DNA from: a virus
Virus record (IMG/VR): IMGVR_UViG_2917587430_000001
Span: 89,228-113,599 of that record
Length of the DNA stretch: 24,372 nucleotides
Reading direction: 5' to 3' (one strand)
In this document: positions 1 to 7,847 of the stretch, piece by piece
How the letters are laid out: each line of letters opens with the position of its first letter
Numbering within the stretch: the stretch's first letter is position 1
Position numbers and translations under genes: made by a program
The notes under the pieces: generated by a model
Seen by the model: only the letters and a program-made list of their open reading frames with translations
What the model was told of the DNA's origin: nothing
The model's database searches: none

Positions 1-227
1 AACCAGAAAGAACTTGAAGGCCAATCTACGGTAGCAACATATCCATCAAAGATTATTGACCAATCAATTCTCTCACCACGAGACGCAGCACACCAAAGAG
101 GAATATGTTCTGGATGGGAGAATACCTCGCTCATGTGATAGCAAGGCTTGCCAAGAAGACGTTCAAGTGCAAATTTGAGTGACTTTGTTCCAGTTCGACC
201 GAGTCCAGCCCCTACTACTTTCAGCAT
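1..227 (-). CDS. Sulfotransferase-family (Sulfotransfer_4-like) P-loop protein, 5' part only; continues beyond window; gene cassette
   Basis: Not in ORF track. Manual translation from ATG at 227: MLKVVGAGLGRTGTKSLKFALERLLGKPCYHMSEVFSHPEHIPLW...DWSIIFDGYVATVDWPSSSFW. The GAGLGRTGTxSL, CYHM and VDWP motifs are characteristic of this family. Starts about 35 bp after an attC core site. Confidence 0.85.
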   Translation of the reverse strand, partial: MLKVVGAGLGRTGTKSLKFALERLLGKPCYHMSEVFSHPEHIPLWCAASRGERIDWSIIFDGYVATVDWPSSSFW

Positions 228-260
228 CAACAGAAATCCATCACAAAAAATTCTTTAGCA

Positions 261-346
261 GACTAACGTTTCCACTCACTGGATGCAGATTAACTTTGCA
301 ATCTAGACGAACAATCCTGTACGTTCCAATGCAGCGGTTGTTAGAC
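261..346 (-). mobile_element. attC site (slightly degenerate)
   Basis: Minus strand: GTCTAAC-AACC-GCTGCATTGGA...TCCAGTGAGT-GGAAAC-GTTAGTC; 86 bp imperfect palindrome between two co-oriented genes. Its R'' context AGCAGTCTAAC is complementary (1 mismatch) to the R' context of the upstream site at 1298-1308. Confidence 0.8.
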
Positions 347-377
347 TGCTCAACACAACACCACGAAGTAATCAAAC

Positions 378-557
378 TTAAAGCGGTTTTCCGCATGTAG
401 GACAGGAGTTAGAACGCTCCCCTGGTGCTGGTCCAGCGTAATATCCGTCGAAGTTAGCTGTTGTTTGTCTGTCGCAGATATAACGAGCTATTTCAACTTT
501 CTGTTTAGGCGTAAGCTGATTAAACCACGCTACGAAATTATCTAGAACTTGGCTCAT
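378..557 (-). CDS. 59-aa hypothetical protein with C-terminal CPTCG motif
   Basis: Not in ORF track. GAGGAG RBS 6 nt before ATG. MSQVLDNFVAWFNQLTPKQKVEIARYICDRQTTANFDGYYAGPAPGERSNSCPTCGKPL*. Fills the gap between the CxxCx(11)CxxC gene and the attC. Confidence 0.7.
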   Translation of the reverse strand: MSQVLDNFVAWFNQLTPKQKVEIARYICDRQTTANFDGYYAGPAPGERSNSCPTCGKPL

Positions 558-617
558 GTTTTGCTCCTCAATGCTTGTCTAGTTTTATGAGCACCCGGAT
601 GTATGCCTTTATAGCAC

Positions 618-1208
618 TCAATTAGTTCTTCGTTGGGCTGGAGTACCACCGCAAGCCTCACAGCTTCCCGGAGTAAATTGCCAAGGATCAGCTCTGCAAA
701 TAGGACAAGGAGTGGAAGTGGTGGGGCTAAACTGCTTAAGAGCATCTCTGTAAGCTTTCTGCCTATTCCCTTCTTTCACACCAAGCAATAAAGCTTCGTC
801 CTCAGCATCAACATCTTTAACACGCCTTAGAAACTGCTCTACAGCTTCACTAGTAGCAGTTTGGCTTTGCAAAAGTCGATCTGCCTCGTAAGCAGTATCT
901 GCATTGCGCCGCGACATAATTGCATGTTTAATCTCATCATCTTGCCATTTGTTGACGAGTTTTAAGATTGCTAGTACCAACAAAATTGCAGCTAGGACTT
1001 CACCCAAACTATCAATGAGATTTGCAAGTAATGTGCCTTTTGCTAGTAACCGAGGGGTGAGATAAAAAGCTGGCACTGCTATTGAGAGAAACTCAATAAA
1101 CCGATTTCTTTGTTGAAGATTACGAATTTGCCTTCTGTGCAGTTGAATGGCGACTAGTGCATCAAGCTTCTGCTGTCGGATCTTGTTTGCGTCTTCCTGG
1201 TTAAGCAT
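618..1208 (-). CDS. Mobilome CxxCx(11)CxxC protein (two hydrophobic helices, SLATT-like architecture, C-terminal zinc ribbon)
   Basis: Two hydrophobic segments (FIEFLSIAVPAFYL; LGEVLAAILLVLAILKLV) and CPIC-RADPWQFTPGS-CEAC with exactly 11-residue spacing. Confidence 0.75.
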   Translation of the reverse strand: MLNQEDANKIRQQKLDALVAIQLHRRQIRNLQQRNRFIEFLSIAVPAFYLTPRLLAKGTLLANLIDSLGEVLAAILLVLAILKLVNKWQDDEIKHAIMSRRNADTAYEADRLLQSQTATSEAVEQFLRRVKDVDAEDEALLLGVKEGNRQKAYRDALKQFSPTTSTPCPICRADPWQFTPGSCEACGGTPAQRRTN

Positions 1209-1301
1209 TCAACCTTCTAGCTGAGTAGCCTTACACTAACTTATAGAATACTGTCTTCTTATCAATATGCTTCCAAGAGCACCTTTGCAAGTAACTCAGC
1301 A

Positions 1302-1380
1302 GTCTACCGGTGCACTTGAGCGGCTGCAAACAACCTTGACCAAGATCTTCCGGCAGCCTGCTCCAAGCGAATTGTTAGAC
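1302..1380 (-). mobile_element. attC site with core triplet changed GTT>GGT
   Basis: Minus strand: GTCTAAC-AATTCG-CTTGGAGC-AGGCTGC...GCAGCC-GCTCAAG-TGCACC-GGTAGAC. The 8-nt L'' and 7-nt L' boxes pair with one extra base; 79 bp. Confidence 0.85.
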
Positions 1381-1429
1381 TGTTTTAGTTTCTATACCTC
1401 TGCTTAGAAACAACAGCATTGCAAATTGA

Positions 1430-2131
1430 TTACTCGTCATTTGCTGCAATACTCCGCCGTAACTTTAAGAATGTTTTATATTTAAGCCCGCACAACATCT
1501 TTAATCGAATTTCGTACATCAAATCTATCACCAACTTCTTAAATCTGTCATAGACTTTCTGATCAACCTTTTCCTCTGATGTTAAATCACCTCCATGAGC
1601 TACAGCATTGCGTAACCTTAGAAATAGCTCTAAGGATTCCTTTAAATTAGGCTTCGGATGTGTATAGTCTTTCCAATGTTCTGGAAACTTTTCAAGTGCA
1701 AAACTTTTGAGCAGTTTGTTTAAGACATTGAAGCCAACATTGCTCTCAGTATTAACAACTCTTGAAATAGGGCAGTTACTACTAGTGTGGAATACTCTGA
1801 GCGAGGCAAAAAACTTTACCTTCCTATTATCATTTCCGGGATATTCCTTAAACTGTTTGAAAGAGTTTTCCATATGGTGAATAACTATTTCATCGCAAAA
1901 ATCATGGAAATTTATACTGACTTTATTAAGTTCATCAATGTAGAGGTTGAAAGATTTTTGGATGAAGCTTTCCCATAGAGAATAAATCATCGATATTGAT
2001 TGAGTTGAGAAAATGTCTTGATGCTTTGAAGATAGAGAATATCTATTCGTAAAAATTGCCCTCTCAATTTCAAAAAGAACAGATATTCGCTCTTCAATAA
2101 TTTCTTGCAATGCCAAATCAAAATCATGCAT
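1430..2131 (-). CDS. HEPN domain protein (MAE_28990/MAE_18760-like), putative RNase toxin
   Basis: YSLWESFI motif, TESNV motif and HEPN RxxxxH motif (RNAVAH); immediately downstream of a DUF262 gene. Confidence 0.75.
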   Translation of the reverse strand: MHDFDLALQEIIEERISVLFEIERAIFTNRYSLSSKHQDIFSTQSISMIYSLWESFIQKSFNLYIDELNKVSINFHDFCDEIVIHHMENSFKQFKEYPGNDNRKVKFFASLRVFHTSSNCPISRVVNTESNVGFNVLNKLLKSFALEKFPEHWKDYTHPKPNLKESLELFLRLRNAVAHGGDLTSEEKVDQKVYDRFKKLVIDLMYEIRLKMLCGLKYKTFLKLRRSIAANDE

Positions 2132-2149
2132 AGCCGATTGCTAAGTTTA

Positions 2150-3313
2150 TTATTGAAAAATTTCATCTACTCTTCTAAGACGATTTCTAATCCGGCTTCT
2201 ACTGTTAGAAGCGCTTCCGGAGTATCTCTTGAAATCTTCATCACTTTTTAATTCTGTTATTTTTAATTTCAAAAGTTCAAGATCTCCAGTATACTTATCA
2301 ATATTTTGAGCAACTCCGATTAATATACCTTCAAAATAAGCTGGAACGAATAAGTTACTCTCGTTTCTAAATGTCTTGGCATCTCCTATCTGGTTAATTA
2401 ATTCTAAAACTCTCATAATGAGAGATTCATAAGCATCGTAGTCAAAATCAGCATTTTGAACAGTTGCCTCCATAAAGTTATTTAAAAATTTCTCCATATT
2501 TTCATTGATATTTTTAGCATTTCTATAGAAAGCAAAAAATCTAAGAACTAGTTCTTGATCATATAACTCATTAAGTCTGCGAGGACTTAATTGGGTAAGA
2601 CATCCGAAAACATCACTTTGACTAATTTTTAGCAAAAGCTCGTTAAACCTAGGATCTACCCCTCGATAAATTGCATTTCTTATTTCCTGCGGAGTTAGTT
2701 TTGATCCCCCAGAGTTGAGTCGTTTGAACAACTCATACTTCATAGAAGTACTACTTTCTCCTCTCAAAATTTCGACTCTACAAACAGCTCTTTTTAGATT
2801 TATTTTTAGATTTGTTGGAAGACTGTCAATGTTAAAACCTTGTAAACTTTCAACTAATCCTCCTTCTTGCAAAGTCCATTTATTTATGGTTTTTCCCTCT
2901 TCGGTTCCTTCCCCATCTTCCTCTACAATTTCTTCTTCCTCTTCGACTAATGAGCTAACATCCTCTTCCTGATTATCGATTTTCCACCCATCCCCTTTTA
3001 GTTCACCAAAGAAACTTATGAAAGTAGAAACACGTTGTAGTCCATCAACTAACTCCCATACACCGTTTCTATCTTCAGCTACAAATATAGGAGGAATCGG
3101 AATCGAGAGTAAAATAGATTCTATGAGTGCAGTTTTTTGTACTTCTGACCATCGAAACAATCTTTGATATTCTGGTCTAATTATTAATTCATCATTTTTG
3201 TATAGGTTGATCAACTCACCAAAAGAAATGTCGAGCCTATCTGACGAAAGTCTTCTTCTCTCATCTGAGACTGCTTTTTCGAGCAAGGCTACTTTTTCTT
3301 TAAGGTTTTCCAT
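2150..3313 (-). CDS. DUF262 (ParB/Srx-like, GmrS-type) domain protein
   Basis: Motifs PEYQRLFRW, LIESILLSIPIPPIF, VDGLQR, FKRLNSGG..LTPQEIRNA. First ATG at 3313 preferred over the non-ATG start at 3358. Confidence 0.85.
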   Translation of the reverse strand: MENLKEKVALLEKAVSDERRRLSSDRLDISFGELINLYKNDELIIRPEYQRLFRWSEVQKTALIESILLSIPIPPIFVAEDRNGVWELVDGLQRVSTFISFFGELKGDGWKIDNQEEDVSSLVEEEEEIVEEDGEGTEEGKTINKWTLQEGGLVESLQGFNIDSLPTNLKINLKRAVCRVEILRGESSTSMKYELFKRLNSGGSKLTPQEIRNAIYRGVDPRFNELLLKISQSDVFGCLTQLSPRRLNELYDQELVLRFFAFYRNAKNINENMEKFLNNFMEATVQNADFDYDAYESLIMRVLELINQIGDAKTFRNESNLFVPAYFEGILIGVAQNIDKYTGDLELLKLKITELKSDEDFKRYSGSASNSRSRIRNRLRRVDEIFQ

Positions 3314-3425
3314 ATTACTCAGGCTTAGTAAGCTTTTCCAAGTATAACGAGCTGGCAATAAAATGAATACTCAGATGTCTTCATTGATGACCGACCATGT
3401 AAAAGAAAGAACTTAGTGTCTAGCA

Positions 3426-3510
3426 GTCTAACAGCGAAGTTGAGCCGTGAACGCTACTTAGTTGCGTCATCAGGCTAACGGTGTTCATCAGCTCCAACGT
3501 CGAGTTAGGT
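3426..3510 (-). mobile_element. attC site (canonical architecture)
   Basis: Minus strand: ACCTAAC-TCGAC-GTTGGAGC-TGATGAAC...GTTCACG-GCTCAAC-TTCGCT-GTTAGAC = RYYYAAC, 5-nt spacer, 8-nt L'', stem, 7-nt L', 6-nt spacer, GTTRRRY; two extrahelical positions; 85 bp. Confidence 0.92.
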
Positions 3511-3620
3511 CCCCTTTTTTGGCAGCTATACGGCATACTTGCGAGATGATACCCAATTTTCAGTAACTAAACAGCAAGTTTGCAGGATGACTTCCTAGTT
3601 TCAGGGCGCTGTTTATCAAG

Positions 3621-3778
3621 TCTGATGGATAATCTTGAAGATTAGGAGAGTTATCCGTCAAACATGCAGGATAACTTCCTCAGTTCCGGTATCACCGAGC
3701 ATCTAACCTTGAATGGCACAACCTCCTTCCCCTCGCCCATTAGATCAGGTACGGCAGTCTATTTGACTCAAGCATTTC
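3621..3778 (+). repeat. Diverged direct repeat (copy 1) of intI upstream region and 5' coding end; copy 2 at 17569-17725
   Basis: Colinear shared blocks TCTGATGG, CTTGAAG, GTTATCYGTCAAACATGCAGGATA, CAGTTCCGGTA, ATGGCACAA, ATTAGATCAGGTAC, ACTCAAGCATTTC. Confidence 0.9.
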
Positions 3779-3877
3779 AGCTTGAAGATCAAGAAATCTT
3801 ACACCGGCTACATTCGCGATTTCATCCTGCTTCGTCACAAACGGCACCTTAAAGAAATGAGGACAGATGAAATTTAA
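3713..3877 (+). pseudogene. intI: Integron integrase N-terminal (SAM-like) fragment, in-frame stops, catalytic domain absent
   Basis: MAQPPSPRPLDQVRQSI*LKHFSLKIKKSYTGYIRDFILLRHKRHLKEMRTDEI* matches the IntI N-terminal pattern LLDQVRxxIRxKHxSxxTExxYxxxIxxFIxFHxKRHPxEMG. Divergent from the attC array as in canonical integrons. Confidence 0.85.
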
Positions 3878-4047
3878 GTCTACTGGGAACTAGCTAGAAG
3901 GTTTGAATACTTTTGAGGTTTAACATCAAGTTCATCTCATTAGGTAGTCGCTTCAACACATCAGCGAACGTAAAGTTCATCCAACCCAGCAGGAGGGCGA
4001 TCGCCCAACTTAAAGTTTGCTCAAGGCGAGATTGGAACAGTATATTT

Positions 4048-4061
4048 AGTACAAACGTTCT
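4048..4061 (+). promoter_or_regulatory. Putative cyanobacterial LexA (SOS) box
   Basis: AGTAC-AAAC-GTTCT, 12 bp upstream of lexA ATG; one mismatch to the cyanobacterial consensus RGTACNNNDGTWCB. Confidence 0.6.
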
Positions 4062-4073
4062 AACTAATCCGTT

Positions 4074-4712
4074 ATGCAAGCTCTTACTCGTGTTCAACAA
4101 CAGCTTTACGACTGGTTGGTTAGCTATTTTGAACAAAACCAATGCCCTCCAACGATTCGAGAAATGCAGGAGGCAATGGGGCTAAAATCTCCTGCTCCCA
4201 TCCAGAGCCGCTTAGACGCATTGGAATTGAAGGGATATATTGAGCGGTCTAGTTATGGTCGTTCTCGCAACATTCGGCTTGTACAAGAGCGGATGCCTGC
4301 ACCCAAAGGCATCCCTATTATGGGAGCGATCGCTGCTGGCGGGTTAGTTGAAACATTCGCTGATGGCGAAGTTGAATATGTTCCAGAAGCTTTTCTTGCA
4401 GCAAAAACGTCTAGCCATGAGATGTCAAAGCATTTTGCTGTTCGTGTTCGGGGGGATAGCATGATCGACGCTTCAATCACCTCAGGTGATGTAGTTTTTT
4501 TGAAAAAACCTGATGATCCAAAAGCTATTAAGAACGGCACGATTGTGGCGGCAAGGGTGGAAGGTCAAACAACGCTCAAATACTTGCAGCGTGTAGACGA
4601 GGAGACTATCAGACTTGAACCTGCAAACTCTAATTTTTTACCTATAGATGTCAACGCTGAAGAGATAAACATTCAGGGAGTATATGTTGGGAGTGTGCGA
4701 GGTTTAATTTAA
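4074..4712 (+). CDS. lexA: LexA-family repressor (cyanobacterial type)
   Basis: N-terminal PPTIREMQEAMGLKSPAPIQSRL wHTH typical of cyanobacterial LexA; Ala-Gly cleavage site (IAAG), catalytic Ser (GDSM) and Lys (TTLK), LEPAN motif. Confidence 0.88.
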   Translation: MQALTRVQQQLYDWLVSYFEQNQCPPTIREMQEAMGLKSPAPIQSRLDALELKGYIERSSYGRSRNIRLVQERMPAPKGIPIMGAIAAGGLVETFADGEVEYVPEAFLAAKTSSHEMSKHFAVRVRGDSMIDASITSGDVVFLKKPDDPKAIKNGTIVAARVEGQTTLKYLQRVDEETIRLEPANSNFLPIDVNAEEINIQGVYVGSVRGLI

Positions 4713-4794
4713 GTCGCTTGAAAGTTTTTTAAGAACAACGGTGCCATGAGAAAACGCTTTAATTTGTTGGCAGCGTTCCCCCTCAAGGCAACGG

Positions 4795-5535
4795 TCACCT
4801 CGCCAAACGAGTTAAAGCCGACTGCATCTGTTTGCGGAACTGCGCTCCATTCAAATGCAATTCCTTTGCCAAAGTTTTGCGAGGCACACGGCTGAAGTAA
4901 GCTGCCTCGATTAGCTCACGGTCTGCCGCTGGCATCTCGCTCAGTCGTTGCTGAAGTTGCTGTTGGGCGATCGCTAGTCGTGACGTAGCTACCACTTCGG
5001 TGCGGCAGGTCTGTTCTGGCATCAACCCCTCCTCGATGCTGGTGTGAAAGTCCTCGTCGAGTGAACTTGTTTTTTGGTTGGCGATCGCCCCCCGAACTTC
5101 CCGCAGCTTTACAACTTTCGTGCCTAGCTCAATGGCTAATTCCTGTTCGTTTGGGAACCTACCGTGCCGAGCCGACCAAGCCAACTCAACCCGATTAGCC
5201 TCAGCATTGAACTCGCGCCAGCGCCGGGGAATCTTGACCGTACTGCCGTGGTCACGCAGGTGGTGAAGGATTGCGCCTCTAATGTAGGGGACGGCAAAAC
5301 TGCTGAAAGCAATGCCCTTTGTAGGGTCGAAGCGTTCGATTGCCTTGTTCAGTCCCAAATAGCCAATCTGCTCTAGATCTTCGTAAGCAGTGGCGCAGCG
5401 TTCTGCCCATCGGTGAGCAATCTCTCGCACTAGGTTCAGATTCTCAACTGCGACCCGATTTCTTAATCGCACCGTGTTCTGCTGTGAAACGGTTTTGGTG
5501 CGGTAGTAATTCCAAATTGATTCTGCGGCTGCCAT
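4795..5535 (-). CDS. Sigma-70 family group 3 sigma factor (SigF/SigB/FliA-like)
   Basis: Region 2 motifs NLNLVREIAHR, YEDLEQIGYLGLNKAIERFDP, FSSFAVPYIRGAILHHLRD, VKIPRRW; region 3 PNEQELA; divergent region 4. Confidence 0.88.
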   Translation of the reverse strand: MAAAESIWNYYRTKTVSQQNTVRLRNRVAVENLNLVREIAHRWAERCATAYEDLEQIGYLGLNKAIERFDPTKGIAFSSFAVPYIRGAILHHLRDHGSTVKIPRRWREFNAEANRVELAWSARHGRFPNEQELAIELGTKVVKLREVRGAIANQKTSSLDEDFHTSIEEGLMPEQTCRTEVVATSRLAIAQQQLQQRLSEMPAADRELIEAAYFSRVPRKTLAKELHLNGAQFRKQMQSALTRLAR

Positions 5536-5698
5536 CTAATACCTACCTTTGTTAATAAGTGGCAGGTAGAAGAAAACTCTGTTGACGCTGCCGTAACTCG
5601 ATTACAGCACCTTAGACACCTTGGACAGATTGCGGCGAATACTGAAAAATTTGGTGTTTGCCGCAGATTGATACAAAAGCTCCTGAGAATTACGGATA

Positions 5699-7147
5699 TT
5701 AGTAGCCCCATCCCGCTTCGCTTACGACCCAAACAGTCTGATGAGACTCCAGCCAGTTGATTGCTTGGGTGCAGGCATCGACCTGATCATCGTAAACTCC
5801 ATTAGGGAACTGAGAAAATTCCAGAATGAAATCGTGAATCCAGGGAGCAATACTGGAGTCTGGCAAAAAGATATTTCCAGCCTCGACATAAGGGGCGATC
5901 GCCACTGCTCTGACGACCTTACCTCCCTCCGGCTCGATTGGAATCAGTCCTGAGACCTCCCGTTTCAGCAAATCAACAACGGCTGAGCCGTTTGCCTTGT
6001 CCTCAATCAGCTTTGCGTGAGCATCAGGATAACGGGCTGCCAGAATGCGAATTGCCTGGAGAGTGCTGTTAATATCCATGCGATCGCGAATTTGGTCGAG
6101 CAAATAATATCGACCGCCCAGCTTGCCCCAAACCTGTCCCACTACGAAGTCTGATGATTTGGTTTCTTTAAAGGCGCAGTCCCACGACAGCACCACCTCA
6201 TCAAATCGGTCTGGCAGTTCCCTGTAAAACTGCCACCAGCTCCGCTTAAAGTAATCTCCCTCCAGCGGCGACGGGCGCTGCTGATAGAGGGCACTCCAAA
6301 ACAGCGTGCCGACCTTGCCCTTGATGCGCTTAAGTTTCTTCAGGTCAAACCGTTCAGGATTCAGCGCCTCTCCTGCCTGCCTCCAGTCCGGCTCAATAGT
6401 ACAGCTCGCTGGAAAATCCTGCGCTGTCTCTTCTTTAATTGCCTCAAAGTTAACGACGTGCCAGTTTTCTGGGTCTTCTCCAGACCGCTCCTGCCCAATC
6501 AGCCAGCCTGACAGGTCATCTTCGTGCCATCGGGTTTGTACCACGACGATTGCCGCGTCTGGCTCGGCGCGGGTGTAGAAGGTTGAGCCATACCAATCCT
6601 TCTGTTTAGAGCGAATGCGATCGCTCATCGCCTCCTCAGCATTTTTGAGCGGGTCATCAATGATTCCACATGACCCAAATCCTTTTCCTGTAATTGGGCC
6701 ACCGACCCCAGCCGCCCAGCAACCACCGCCCTCCGGAGTCTCCCAGTTCTTCACCGCCGAAGCATCCTCGCGCAACACCCCACCAATGTCGCGGTAGGCA
6801 TCACGAGAGGCACGGCTGAATGTGTAGGCAAGCTCCGCGGCATAGGAGTTGATACCAACCCACTTCTGAGGATGCTTGTAGAGCAAATAGGCAGGAAATA
6901 GCTTAGAGGCAAGCTGGGACTTCCCGCCTCTGGGGGGCATAAACACCAAAACTCGCTTCAGATTGCCATCGGCGACTCGTTGCAAAACATTCGCTAAGAC
7001 TTCGCAGTGGCGATACCACTGGTAGCGAGGATAAACACGATTAACAAACTCTCGGAACGAGAGCGATCGCCGTTCCTCTTCCCTGCGTCGGCGTAACTCC
7101 AGTTCTACCGCTGCTCTAATCCGAACCTCATCAAGCTGCGACAACAT
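5699..7147 (-). CDS. terL: Phage terminase large subunit
   Basis: Walker A MPPRGGKS, Walker B IIDDP, QTRWHEDDL, WSALYQQRP, nuclease motifs SWDCAFK..SDF, IEDKANG, FPNGVYDDQVDA. Confidence 0.93.
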   Translation of the reverse strand: MLSQLDEVRIRAAVELELRRRREEERRSLSFREFVNRVYPRYQWYRHCEVLANVLQRVADGNLKRVLVFMPPRGGKSQLASKLFPAYLLYKHPQKWVGINSYAAELAYTFSRASRDAYRDIGGVLREDASAVKNWETPEGGGCWAAGVGGPITGKGFGSCGIIDDPLKNAEEAMSDRIRSKQKDWYGSTFYTRAEPDAAIVVVQTRWHEDDLSGWLIGQERSGEDPENWHVVNFEAIKEETAQDFPASCTIEPDWRQAGEALNPERFDLKKLKRIKGKVGTLFWSALYQQRPSPLEGDYFKRSWWQFYRELPDRFDEVVLSWDCAFKETKSSDFVVGQVWGKLGGRYYLLDQIRDRMDINSTLQAIRILAARYPDAHAKLIEDKANGSAVVDLLKREVSGLIPIEPEGGKVVRAVAIAPYVEAGNIFLPDSSIAPWIHDFILEFSQFPNGVYDDQVDACTQAINWLESHQTVWVVSEAGWGY

Positions 7148-7646
7148 GACACGGGTTTTCCCCGGCTGCTAGCCGCTGAAGTTGCTCATCTGAGAGATTT
7201 GAATAATCAATCTTGACGTTGAGATGGGTCTCCTCTTTCTCACCTAGAGCAGTTCTGCCGATTTGCTGGAAGCGCTGTAGAGCTTTACCTAGCTCATCTA
7301 ATTGCTTTGAAGATAAAGGATCACCGCTCCTTCTAGTTCCTTCAATTGCCTCGTTAATTTGCTGAAAGATTAGGTTCAATCCGCCTTTGGCAAGGTTGAA
7401 GCATTGAGTATCCCACCCTGCCAGGTCGCCAGCCAGAGCGGTTAATTTGTGCTCCTGCCGCTTATCCGAAACCATCTGAACGAAGCGCTCAGCCTCAATC
7501 TTCCAGTTCTCCTTAGCTACCTTCTCCTGTAAATAAGAAGGCGAACATTTATACTTTGCAGACAATTGCTCTAAGGTCGGGCGAGACTTCTCATCCGGAG
7601 CCTGGACGTATTCGTCCTTGATGACTTGCCAATTATGCTTTGCCAC
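7131..7646 (-). CDS. Putative terminase small subunit
   Basis: Overlaps terL start. N-terminal NWQVIKDEY..PTLEQLSAKY..ENW HTH-like segment and C-terminal DYSNLSDEQL motif, both common in TerS. Confidence 0.7.
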   Translation of the reverse strand: MAKHNWQVIKDEYVQAPDEKSRPTLEQLSAKYKCSPSYLQEKVAKENWKIEAERFVQMVSDKRQEHKLTALAGDLAGWDTQCFNLAKGGLNLIFQQINEAIEGTRRSGDPLSSKQLDELGKALQRFQQIGRTALGEKEETHLNVKIDYSNLSDEQLQRLAAGENPCHVVAA

Positions 7647-7847
7647 TTTCCCTCAGCTTCCTGCAATTTCCAACTTTCTGTCGGATCGTTCCCACGCCTT
7701 GCATAGTAGAGTTTTCACGGTCGTGGAGGCAGGAGGCGACCGCCAATTCAATCGGCTCACGTCGGAAAAGTGGTGGTCTTGTTGGAAAAATTCCGTTTTC
7801 TACCGACAGCTACTCCAAAATTTGGTCAACATAAGACCGCACTTTGC

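Noticed and set aside
179-745. ORF-track entries 179..400 (+) and 554..745 (-)
   Set aside because: They overlap an attC site and better-supported genes (sulfotransferase, 59-aa ORF, CxxC protein) and have no recognisable motifs.
618-1208. CBASS/retron system based on the 2TM effector-like gene
   Set aside because: No nucleotidyltransferase, cyclase or reverse transcriptase gene in the cassette or window.
3664-3852. 62-aa ORF MQDNFLSS...
   Set aside because: Off-frame reading of the intI pseudogene; the frame starting at 3713 carries the integrase similarity.
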